Shown piece by piece: positions 7,287 through 14,645 of a DNA stretch of 32,000 nt. The position numbers were made by a program, and so were the translations under genes. The DNA is from Telmatocola sphagniphila. Its GTDB lineage: Bacteria > Planctomycetota > Planctomycetia > Gemmatales > Gemmataceae. Each line of letters starts with the position of its first letter. Position 1 is the stretch's first letter. The stretch spans positions 1,230,001 through 1,262,000 of the forward strand of contig NZ_CP074694.1 in NCBI RefSeq assembly GCF_018398935.1, given 5' to 3'. A model generated the notes under the pieces. It searched no databases. It saw nothing but the letters and a program-made list of their open reading frames with translations, and was not told the origin of the DNA.

Positions 7287-9097
7287 TCGGGAATATCGTC
7301 ACGATTCGACTCGGGACGTCGTATACCGTGCTTGGCGAGTTTGCGATAAAGGGTATCCCGATTAAGTCCTGTAATTAGTGCTGCGCGAGCCATATTCCAG
7401 TTGGTTTTCTTAAGAGCCTGTTCGATTGCTAGGATTTCCAGCTTTTCAATATTCAGCTCTGGCAGATCCAGGATTTGGCCGTATTCCTCATCTAAGTGAT
7501 TCCTCACCAAATCCCCGTTAATCACCATATCAGCCGCATTGCAGTAGATTCGATCGAGAGTATTCCGCAATTCGCGAATGTTGCCGGGCCATGTGTGCTG
7601 CTGGAGTGCCTCCCAGCCCGATTCGTCGATCCGTAACTCGACGTCGCTATTTTTTTTTGCGAAATGCTCGATCAGCAGCGGGATATCGGACAACCGTTCA
7701 CGCAACGGAGGAACGATAACTCGCAAAACATTCAACCGATAGAACAGATCCGCGCGAAATCGCTTCTGATCCTTCATTTTCGCAAGATCCGCATTGGTCG
7801 CCGCGATGATTCGGACATCGACCTTTTCATCTTGGGATCCGCCCACCGAGCGAATGGTTCCCTGTTCGAGGACTCGCAGCAATTTAGCCTGGCAGGCGTC
7901 TGACATCTCCCCCAATTCATCGAGAAACAGAATTCCATCGTCTGCTTCCCGAAAGACTCCAATGTGTTTTTTAGTGGCCCCGGTGAAAGCCCCGATCTCA
8001 TGACCGAATAAATGCGATTCGAGTAATCCATCTGGAATGGCGGCACAATTCACGGGAACGAAGCCTCGTCCCGCCCGCAAACTCAGCTTGTGGATTTCGC
8101 GAGCGACGAGTTCTTTACCGACGCCACTCTCGCCAAGTATCAAAACCGATTTTTCATGACGGCTTACATTTTTTATCTGCCGGAGTAACTCCTGCATCGG
8201 GGGACTTTGGCCGACCATGACATAACTGGAATCGGCCGAGTCCTCAACTCTTTGCCCATAAAGAGCCTCGCTTTGCTCCTGAAATTGATTGATGCGCCCA
8301 ATCAGAAACGGAAGTGCAATCTCGAAGATGGACTTGTCCCGGGAAGTGAACTCTCTTTCGTGAGAATAGACGTGGAGAGTGCCGAATTTTTTGTCGTTGT
8401 ACACCAGGGGAGCACACAAAGCGTCTTTGAAATCCGCAAGACTCGCACTGTCGAGTTCAACACTTCGGCTGCGCAATTGAACGGTTCCGCCTTCCACGGT
8501 TGCCCACCGGGATAACTTCTGGCTGAGTTGAATGTCGAGACTGTGATTTCGAGGTATTACCAGTTTCGGTTCGCTGAGTATGGGATCGCTTCTTAAATAG
8601 CCGATGACATTAGCTCGCAGCATGACTTGAAGGTATTCCATTGCCAACTCCAGGAATTTCTTCAAATCCACTTCCTTGGAAGTTTGGCTGATGAATGCGT
8701 GGAGTTGCTTAATTTCATCCTCGAATCGCATCGTACTCTGTGCAGAGGTATCCTCTGAGCGATCCGGGGAGGGACCCGCTTGCACCAGAGTGAATTTGAA
8801 ACGATTGTTGATGATCTGGATTTCGCTGGAATTCTCGAGCTGACATATCTTGTCTTCGCGATCGTAACGCTTGCCGTTGACGAGAGTGCCGTTCTGCCCT
8901 TCATTTTCCAAAAACCAGCGGATCCCTTCATTGTAAATCCGCGCATGAGTACTCGAGACATAATCATCAGCCAGCACCATCATCGCTTTTTTTTGACTTC
9001 GACCGAGAATCAACTGCTCTCCGCGACTAATTTCAAAAACTCGAGGGGTGACATTACCTTCCACTACGACGAGTCTGGCGCGCATAAAAAGGACCAT
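7283..9097 (-). CDS. Sigma-54-dependent transcriptional activator (enhancer-binding protein), FHA-GAF-AAA+-HTH architecture
   Basis: ATG at 9097, 604 aa. Walker A GESGVGKE, GAFTGA loop (HEIGAFTGA), Walker B ILFLDELGE, and Fis-type HTH NMARAALITGLNRDTLYRKLAKHGI. Confidence 0.9.
   Translation of the reverse strand: MVLFMRARLVVVEGNVTPRVFEISRGEQLILGRSQKKAMMVLADDYVSSTHARIYNEGIRWFLENEGQNGTLVNGKRYDREDKICQLENSSEIQIINNRFKFTLVQAGPSPDRSEDTSAQSTMRFEDEIKQLHAFISQTSKEVDLKKFLELAMEYLQVMLRANVIGYLRSDPILSEPKLVIPRNHSLDIQLSQKLSRWATVEGGTVQLRSRSVELDSASLADFKDALCAPLVYNDKKFGTLHVYSHEREFTSRDKSIFEIALPFLIGRINQFQEQSEALYGQRVEDSADSSYVMVGQSPPMQELLRQIKNVSRHEKSVLILGESGVGKELVAREIHKLSLRAGRGFVPVNCAAIPDGLLESHLFGHEIGAFTGATKKHIGVFREADDGILFLDELGEMSDACQAKLLRVLEQGTIRSVGGSQDEKVDVRIIAATNADLAKMKDQKRFRADLFYRLNVLRVIVPPLRERLSDIPLLIEHFAKKNSDVELRIDESGWEALQQHTWPGNIRELRNTLDRIYCNAADMVINGDLVRNHLDEEYGQILDLPELNIEKLEILAIEQALKKTNWNMARAALITGLNRDTLYRKLAKHGIRRPESNRDDIPD
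7508..8215 (-). other. Sigma-54 interaction AAA+ domain (aa ~295-530)
   Basis: Walker A, GAFTGA (coordinates 7976-7993), Walker B, and the R-finger region RADLFYRLNV. Confidence 0.9.
8258..8710 (-). other. GAF-like sensory domain of the activator (aa ~130-280)
   Basis: The sequence ...KFLELAMEYLQVMLRANVIGYLRS...ALCAPLVYNDKKFGTLHVYSHEREFTSRDKSIFEIALPFLIGRI is a typical GAF C-terminal half. Confidence 0.6.
8798..9076 (-). other. FHA (phosphothreonine-binding) domain of the activator (aa ~8-100)
   Basis: LILGRSQKKAMMVLADDYVSSTHARIYNEGIRWFLENEGQNGTLVNGKRY shows the FHA signature GR...S.xH...NGT.vNG. Confidence 0.8.
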
Positions 9098-9233
9098 CCG
9101 TAAGGTATTTCTGGACGATTCGAACCATGAAAATTATGAACTGATCTTCAATTATCTTTTGTATCAACCAGTCAAGTCAATTGGATAGCTATAAATTCGC
9201 TGCGAGAATCCACTTTTCCATATCAAATTTGGT

Positions 9234-12200
9234 ATGCACAGAGAAATTGAACATGCCGGCGAAATATTCGAGCGTCCCAAAACGCTGGGCATCTATCTGT
9301 TCACATCCTTATTGCTCCTGTTGCTTTTGGCCGATATCTGGGTTCCATTCTCCGCATGCTTGTCTGCCACGTTCGGTACTTCTCTGCCCTCCTGGCGATC
9401 GCAGGAAATTTACGGCTTTCGGCTGGCTCAAATCGCTGCGATTCTGGGAGGGGCTCGGGTTCTCTTTGGATCTCTGGAAAAACTGTTTGCGGGTAAGATC
9501 AGTGCCGATCTCGCCACGGCCATAGCCTGTATAGCGGCCATAGCGATGAACGAACCGCTCATCGCCGCGGAAGTTATCGTCATCGGTCTGGTGGGCGAAT
9601 GTCTGGAGATCTGGACCTTCGAAAGAGCCCGCCAAGGGGTTCAAAAACTGATCGAAGTCTTTCCACTTCGCTGTTGGAAACTGGTCGATGGGCAGGAACA
9701 AAGAGTTTTTACCTCCGAACTTGCAGTTGGGGATACCATTCTGGTCAAACCCGGCGGCAAAATTCCGGTTGATGGTACGATTCTCGAGGGGACTTCTTCG
9801 ATCGATCTCAGCGCCTTGACCGGAGAAAGTCTTCCGGTGGATAAAAAGGCCGGAGACATAGTCCTCGCGGGAAGCGTCAATCAATTTGGCGCTCTGACGA
9901 TCCGGGCAGACCAAGTTGCCTCGGCCACGGCCGTCGGACATATGATTCTGCAAACGGCACAGGCGTTGAAAAACAAAGCCCAGGTGGAAAGACAAGTCGA
10001 TCGACTGGCAACCTGGTTCCTACCCGCACTTCTGGCCGTAGCGTTCGCGGTCTTTGCTTTGAATGTTTTTGTCCTCACCGGGCCATGGAAGGCGATCGAG
10101 TCTCGATTGAATCTTGCCGCGGCGGCACGACAAAGCTTATATCCCACTCTGGGTGTGCTGGTCGTGGCGTGTCCTTGCGCCTTACTTCTTGCCACACCTG
10201 CGGCTGTGATTGCGGCGTTGGGGCGTCTGGCAGGCACTGGAATTGTTATTAAAGGGGGAGCAGTAATCGAAAAACTGGCCTCGATTCGGGCATTGGCTTT
10301 TGACAAAACGGGGACACTCACTCAGGCGAAACTAAAGCTTCGCATCATCAAACCGATCGGTTCTGTATCGGAATCCGACATTTTGAGACTCGCAGGGGCT
10401 ATTGAAAAATTCAGTGAACATCCCATCGCCGCTTGTATTCTCGAGGAAGTAAAAAGCCGAAATCTCGACCTGCCCTCAGCAACTGAATTTCAAGCCTATC
10501 CCGGCGCCGGGGCCAGCGGCCTCGTAGATGGACAAAAAGTTCTGATCGGAAATGGTAGATTTCTTCAGTCCGAAGGTGTGCCGATCCTGGACATTTCTGA
10601 GGAATGGGAGAAGGCTTCTGAAGCCAGTGCGACAATTCTCTATGTCGCGGTGGACTCCCGATTAATCGGAATTCTAGGAGTGCAGGATACTATCCGCCTG
10701 GAAGCGGCCGATGTTCTCGCAGCCTTACGAGCTGATGGTATCGATCGCTTTGCCATTTTGACGGGGGATCGCTCCAACGTGGCAGGCGAAATCGGTCATG
10801 CATTGAACATTTCAGATGTTCACGGAGAGCTTTTCCCTCAGCAGAAGGCCGATTGGCTAAAACTCCACCCCGACTATGCCTATATCGGAGACGGAATCAA
10901 TGATGCTCTGGCCTTGGCCACGGCCCCTGTAGGATTAGCCATACGGCATCCGCAATCCGATTCAGCCGCCGAGGCCGGGGATGTCATTCTCTACGGTGAT
11001 CCGCTGGGACATCTGCCGCTGTTGATGCGTTTGTCCCGCGAAACGGTAAAAGTCATCCGCCAGAATATCCTGGTCTTTGCATTCCTCGTCAATCTGATTG
11101 GGGTTGTTCTTGTCGGTTTGCTGTGGCCTTTGATTTTCGGCGGCGGACCCGTCTATGAAAAATCCCCACTCGTCGGAGTTATTTATCACCAATTTGGATC
11201 TCTCGCGGTACTCCTAAATTCGCTCCGACTCTTGTTCTTTGAACGAAAATCCTCCGCGCTGGGATTCTTTAAAATCAAAATCGCGTTGAAGTCTTTCGAT
11301 ATTTGGGTAGACCGCTATTTCAATTTAGATCATCTGATCCACGAGATCACTCATCATGCCAATAAACTTACCGCAGGCTTGGCGGGATTGCTGTTGGTAC
11401 TCTGGGCACTTTCTGGACTAGTTCAAGTTGGACCCGATGAGATTGGAATTTGCAAGCGTTTCGGTCATATAGAGGAACTTCTAGAACCTGGCTTGCACCT
11501 TCGTTATCCCTTCCTCGTCGAGGAGACGATTAAGCTCAAACCCAACGCCGTACGCAATGTCGAACTAGGATTTCGGGTGAATCTGAATTCAACGGGAAGT
11601 CGTATTCTTGCACCCAAATCTGAGATGGCTCTTTCCTGGACGAACTCTCATACCGAAGATCTTTACCGAATCTCGGACGAAAGCCTGATGCTGACTGGGG
11701 ACGGGAACCTGGTGGATGTGCTGGCGAGCGTTCAATATATCGTTGACGATCCGGCTGCTTATCTGACCACCTGCGAGGACACGGAAAGGCTCGTCCGGCT
11801 GACATTTGAATCTCTACTGCGGGAGCGATTGGCGGGAGAGGCCTTTCTGGATTTGTTGACGATTCGCCGCAATCAATTGGTAACCGAGCTATTACTGGCT
11901 TTGAATGAACGATTGCAATCGATCCATCCTCAGAAATTGGGGATAGAACTGGTCGGAATGACATTACCTGATTTGCATCCTCCTACTAGCGTCGTGCCGG
12001 CCTACCACGACGTGGCTCGGGCGATTCAAGGACGCGATCAGCAAATCAATCAGGCCTTGGCCGAGTCGATTCGTAAGCGTAGTCGAGCCGAGGAGGATGC
12101 CGGTTATCTAACTCGTATCGCCGAAGCTGCCGCCGCGGAAAAAGTTCGTCAGGCCGAAGGGGCTCGGGATGCTTTTCTCGCTTGGGTGAAATTCCGTAGC

Positions 12201-12458
12201 CAGATTACTGAGGATGAGGAACGGGCCATTCAAACTCAAATAGCAGAGCCACAACAGCGTGAGAAAGCCCGGGCCGAATTGCTGACAATGAAGCGACAGC
12301 TGACAGAATTCCGCCTGTCCTTGGAAGCAGCCGTGCAATTTTTGAAGGGTCGGGATAAAGTATTGATCGATGCGGATAAGGTGCCGGGAAAGCGAAGTTT
12401 CTTTCTGCTTGATCCGGAGGTATTGAAGGTGATAATGCCCAGCGATCCCAAACCGTAA
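9234..12458 (+). CDS. P1B-type (CPC) heavy-metal P-type ATPase fused to a C-terminal SPFH/band-7 (HflK/HflC-like) domain
   Basis: ATG at 9234, 1074 aa. ATPase motifs: LTGES, ACPCAL, DKTGTLT, SEHPIA, GDGINDA and LLNSLRLL. These are followed by a His cluster, an extra TM helix, the SPFH domain and a coiled-coil tail. Confidence 0.85.
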   Translation: MHREIEHAGEIFERPKTLGIYLFTSLLLLLLLADIWVPFSACLSATFGTSLPSWRSQEIYGFRLAQIAAILGGARVLFGSLEKLFAGKISADLATAIACIAAIAMNEPLIAAEVIVIGLVGECLEIWTFERARQGVQKLIEVFPLRCWKLVDGQEQRVFTSELAVGDTILVKPGGKIPVDGTILEGTSSIDLSALTGESLPVDKKAGDIVLAGSVNQFGALTIRADQVASATAVGHMILQTAQALKNKAQVERQVDRLATWFLPALLAVAFAVFALNVFVLTGPWKAIESRLNLAAAARQSLYPTLGVLVVACPCALLLATPAAVIAALGRLAGTGIVIKGGAVIEKLASIRALAFDKTGTLTQAKLKLRIIKPIGSVSESDILRLAGAIEKFSEHPIAACILEEVKSRNLDLPSATEFQAYPGAGASGLVDGQKVLIGNGRFLQSEGVPILDISEEWEKASEASATILYVAVDSRLIGILGVQDTIRLEAADVLAALRADGIDRFAILTGDRSNVAGEIGHALNISDVHGELFPQQKADWLKLHPDYAYIGDGINDALALATAPVGLAIRHPQSDSAAEAGDVILYGDPLGHLPLLMRLSRETVKVIRQNILVFAFLVNLIGVVLVGLLWPLIFGGGPVYEKSPLVGVIYHQFGSLAVLLNSLRLLFFERKSSALGFFKIKIALKSFDIWVDRYFNLDHLIHEITHHANKLTAGLAGLLLVLWALSGLVQVGPDEIGICKRFGHIEELLEPGLHLRYPFLVEETIKLKPNAVRNVELGFRVNLNSTGSRILAPKSEMALSWTNSHTEDLYRISDESLMLTGDGNLVDVLASVQYIVDDPAAYLTTCEDTERLVRLTFESLLRERLAGEAFLDLLTIRRNQLVTELLLALNERLQSIHPQKLGIELVGMTLPDLHPPTSVVPAYHDVARAIQGRDQQINQALAESIRKRSRAEEDAGYLTRIAEAAAAEKVRQAEGARDAFLAWVKFRSQITEDEERAIQTQIAEPQQREKARAELLTMKRQLTEFRLSLEAAVQFLKGRDKVLIDADKVPGKRSFFLLDPEVLKVIMPSDPKP
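11367..11423 (+). other. Additional (9th) predicted TM helix linking the ATPase core to the SPFH domain
   Basis: LTAGLAGLLLVLWALSGLV (aa 712-730) lies directly before VGPDEIGICKRFG, like the single N-terminal anchor of HflK/HflC. Confidence 0.6.
11424..12038 (+). other. SPFH/band-7 domain (aa ~731-935)
   Basis: QVGPDEIGICKRFGHIEELLEPGLHLRYPFLVEETIKLKPNAVRNVELGF...MLTGDGNLVDVLASVQYIVDDPAAYL resembles the HflK/HflC core. It is followed by an Ala/Glu/Arg-rich helical tail. Confidence 0.7.
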
Positions 12459-12486
12459 GTTCAGGAATCGCTGAGATTCACTTCTT

Positions 12487-13329
12487 TTACTTGTCAAGGA
12501 GTTTGCGAGAGTTCATCCATTTGATAAGTTCGTCGGGCCATTTTGAAAATGGGAGGTCTTTTACCGTGTTACCAAGCCCCAGGCCGTGTTGACCTTTCTC
12601 ATAGGTTACCAATTGGACTGGTACGCCGTGCTTTTCGCAGGCTTCCTTGAAGAGCTTGCTGTTATCCACTTTGACGGCTTTGTCTTCTTCGGTGTGTACC
12701 AGGAATGTCGGAGGCGTATCCTTGGTCACCTGCTTCTCGTTAGAGTAAAATTCCACGAGCTTAGTATCCGGTTTGTTCCCAATTAAGTTGGTACGGCTAC
12801 CGCCGTGCGTGACAGGGCCCATGCTGATAACGGGATAAGCCAGAATTGCAAAATCTGGACGACTGCTGACCTGATCAATGGGATCTTTGGCTTCTTTATT
12901 TCCGGAATCGAAATGCGTGGCGGCCGTCGAGGCCAAATGCCCACCCGCAGAGAATCCCATGACGCCAATTCGCTTGGGATCTATGCCATAATCTTTTGAT
13001 TTGAATCTCGCCCAGCGAATGGCTCGTTGGACGTCCAGCATCGGTGCGGGCTCGATGGGACCTTTCAAATTTTTATCAGCGATACGATATTTCAACACGA
13101 AAACAGTCACGCCGTGCTGGTTAAGAAAGTTCGCGACTTGCTTGCCTTCATGATCCATAGCCAGAAAGCCATAACCTCCACCGGGGCAAACTACTACGGC
13201 GCAACCATTCTTTTTATCTTTGGGGGCTTCGTAAGCATAAATGCCAGGCATGCCCTCTTTACCCGTGGGCATCGGGCCGGGCATCCTATCGCCCCAGATA
13301 GGGAGGAGCATCATAACCAAAAGAGCCAT
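12487..13329 (-). CDS. Secreted alpha/beta hydrolase (esterase/lipase-like)
   Basis: ATG at 13329, 280 aa, with a hydrophobic N-terminus. Oxyanion-type CPGGGYG, nucleophile elbow GFSAGGHLA, and a C-terminal His in EKGQHGLG. Confidence 0.85.
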   Translation of the reverse strand: MALLVMMLLPIWGDRMPGPMPTGKEGMPGIYAYEAPKDKKNGCAVVVCPGGGYGFLAMDHEGKQVANFLNQHGVTVFVLKYRIADKNLKGPIEPAPMLDVQRAIRWARFKSKDYGIDPKRIGVMGFSAGGHLASTAATHFDSGNKEAKDPIDQVSSRPDFAILAYPVISMGPVTHGGSRTNLIGNKPDTKLVEFYSNEKQVTKDTPPTFLVHTEEDKAVKVDNSKLFKEACEKHGVPVQLVTYEKGQHGLGLGNTVKDLPFSKWPDELIKWMNSRKLLDK

Positions 13330-13390
13330 TTTTCATTCCTCGGAGAGTAAAACCGACATTGAGTTAAAACACGCTAAGAGAATAACATGA

Positions 13391-13413
13391 CCCAGCTTGA
13401 TTGGAAAGCTGGG
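13391..13413. promoter_or_regulatory. Perfect 8-bp inverted repeat CCCAGCTT-N7-AAGCTGGG in the divergent hydrolase/thyX intergenic region
   Basis: Read directly. CCCAGCTT (13391-13398) and AAGCTGGG (13406-13413) are exact reverse complements, 52 nt upstream of the thyX ATG. Confidence 0.35.
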
Positions 13414-13464
13414 AACAAACGATATAACAGAAATTTTTAGCGAATTTCCGCGAGAAGGCGCACG

Positions 13465-14298
13465 ATGTCCAACCACAATGGTGGATCGGAAATGAAGATC
13501 ATCCATGAACCCAGCGTTTACGTCGTGGGGCGTCAGTATCTCGACGACGGGGAACTAAATCGTTTCCTGACCGATCATGGTGTGACCTGGCAAAGCGATA
13601 GCGAAGTTGCTGCGGAAGTGTTGACCGAGTCGGCCGGCCGCATCTGCTATATGTCTTTTGCTAAACCTCGGCCGGGCGGTAACAGCACTTATCTCAAACA
13701 CATCAAAGAAGTTGGACACGGTTCTGTACTGGAACATGCCGTTTGGAATCTGGTGTTCACCGGTGTCTCGCGAGCGCTCACGCACGAATTGATCCGGCAC
13801 CGGGCCGGGATGGGATACTCCCAGTTGAGCCAACGTTACGTGGACGAATCGGTAGCCGAATATGTCGAGCCCAAGATCATTGCATCTGACCCGGAACTGC
13901 ATCAGATCTGGCAGGATGCAGTTCGTCAGATGCATGAAGCCTACTTGAAGTTATCGGAAGGCTTGAACATAAAATTGACCGATCCGAAGTTGGCGGCGGA
14001 AGCCGGATTGCCGCCGGATGCAGACCGGACCACCCGGCGCAAATCTGCCCGCCAAGCCGCGCGGAGCGTGCTGCCAAATGCTACGGAAACCAAGATATTC
14101 GTAACGGCAAATGCTCGGGCGATTCGCCACTTTCTGGAAATGCGGGGATCTGCGGCGGCGGACGTCGAGATTCGTCAGCTCGCCAATAAGGTGCTGGAAG
14201 TTATGCAGAAAGAAAGCCCGAATCTCTTTGGGGATTACGAGAGAATCCCGCTACCGGATGGAACGTTCGAGATCACCACTGCTTTTAGAAAAGTGTAA
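13465..14298 (+). CDS. thyX: FAD-dependent thymidylate synthase
   Basis: ATG at 13465, 277 aa, with the ThyX motif in HELIRHRAGMGYSQLSQRY. Confidence 0.93.
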   Translation: MSNHNGGSEMKIIHEPSVYVVGRQYLDDGELNRFLTDHGVTWQSDSEVAAEVLTESAGRICYMSFAKPRPGGNSTYLKHIKEVGHGSVLEHAVWNLVFTGVSRALTHELIRHRAGMGYSQLSQRYVDESVAEYVEPKIIASDPELHQIWQDAVRQMHEAYLKLSEGLNIKLTDPKLAAEAGLPPDADRTTRRKSARQAARSVLPNATETKIFVTANARAIRHFLEMRGSAAADVEIRQLANKVLEVMQKESPNLFGDYERIPLPDGTFEITTAFRKV

Positions 14299-14427
14299 GT
14301 GTTGAACCTACGCCAAAGGCTGAGATGGCAATTCTGCGGGAAAAACGATTTTTTTTGCGAAATTGACTTTGCACTTGCCAAGAGCTGTATTATGGTGTTA
14401 ACTGTACTGAAGACACGAGTAAATGCA

Positions 14428-14504
14428 CCCCGTGTTATACCATCGCCCAATTCGTTCCTACGCCAACCCTGCTTCACGCTAGTAATCAACTCGCCCCGAT
14501 CTAG
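14428..14504 (+). promoter_or_regulatory. C-rich / G-poor tract in the rho 5' leader (rut-like, putative autoregulatory site)
   Basis: Hand count over 77 nt gives 31 C (40%) and 11 G (14%). The tract lies 142 nt upstream of the rho ATG inside a 347-nt non-coding spacer. Confidence 0.3.
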
Positions 14505-14645
14505 TGCTTTGTTTGGGTGTTGAAAGAATCTCAAAAGTTGACACTATCTAGTAATTTATCCTACTTGGGACGGTGATTTCCGTTCTGTCCGGGCCTATTC
14601 ATTTGCATATCGAATCAGCCGGACACACTGTTTTTGGAAAAGGCA

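Noticed and set aside
7650-7658. T9 homopolymer (A9 on the coding strand, FAKKNS) inside the sigma-54 activator; similar T8 runs at 8987-8994 and 14349-14356
   Set aside because: The two coding-region runs (7650 and 8987) are explained by Lys codons, and the third is intergenic in the rho leader. There is no evidence of slippage, an alternative frame or phase variation from a single sequence.
9181-9525. 114-aa + strand ORF overlapping the ATPase 5' end in another frame
   Set aside because: The frame starting at 9234 continues uninterrupted into the ATPase motifs. This alternative frame is Cys/Ser/Pro-rich and ends early.
9309-9995. 228-aa minus-strand ORF (also 9881-10321 and 11536-11964)
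   Set aside because: These are antisense to the P-type ATPase, whose motifs are unambiguous. They are shadow ORFs.
13439-13447. Recurring AGCGAAT(TT) / TGCGAAAT strings in several intergenic spacers (13439 +, 9194-9202 -, 24650-24658 -, 14357 +)
   Set aside because: The same 7-mer also occurs inside coding regions (for example near 1900, 13013, 26316 and 30914) at roughly chance frequency for 64 kb of two-strand sequence.
14363-14393. Sigma-70-like TTGACT-N19-TATTAT upstream of rho
   Set aside because: The spacer is 19 nt, which is too long for a canonical promoter. The promoter consensus for this lineage is unknown to me, so I leave it as an unconfirmed candidate only.
14462-14485. tmRNA-like tag reading frame GCC AAC CCT GCT TCA CGC TAG TAA (A-N-P-A-S-R, double stop)
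   Set aside because: There is no tRNA-Ala-like acceptor or T-arm (no GGGGCTGA 5' end, no GGTTCGAATCC...CCACCA 3' end) anywhere nearby. The tag also lacks the hydrophobic (L/V)AA end.
14235-14534. Small ORFs in the thyX-rho spacer (99 aa minus strand; 74 aa + strand at 14299-14523)
   Set aside because: They use non-ATG starts, have odd composition (Cys/Phe/Arg-rich), show no motifs, and one overlaps the thyX 3' end. I treat the region as a non-coding leader.
14538-14566. Perfect -35 hexamer TTGACA in the rho leader
   Set aside because: There is no acceptable -10 hexamer 16-18 nt downstream (CTACTT / CCTACT).
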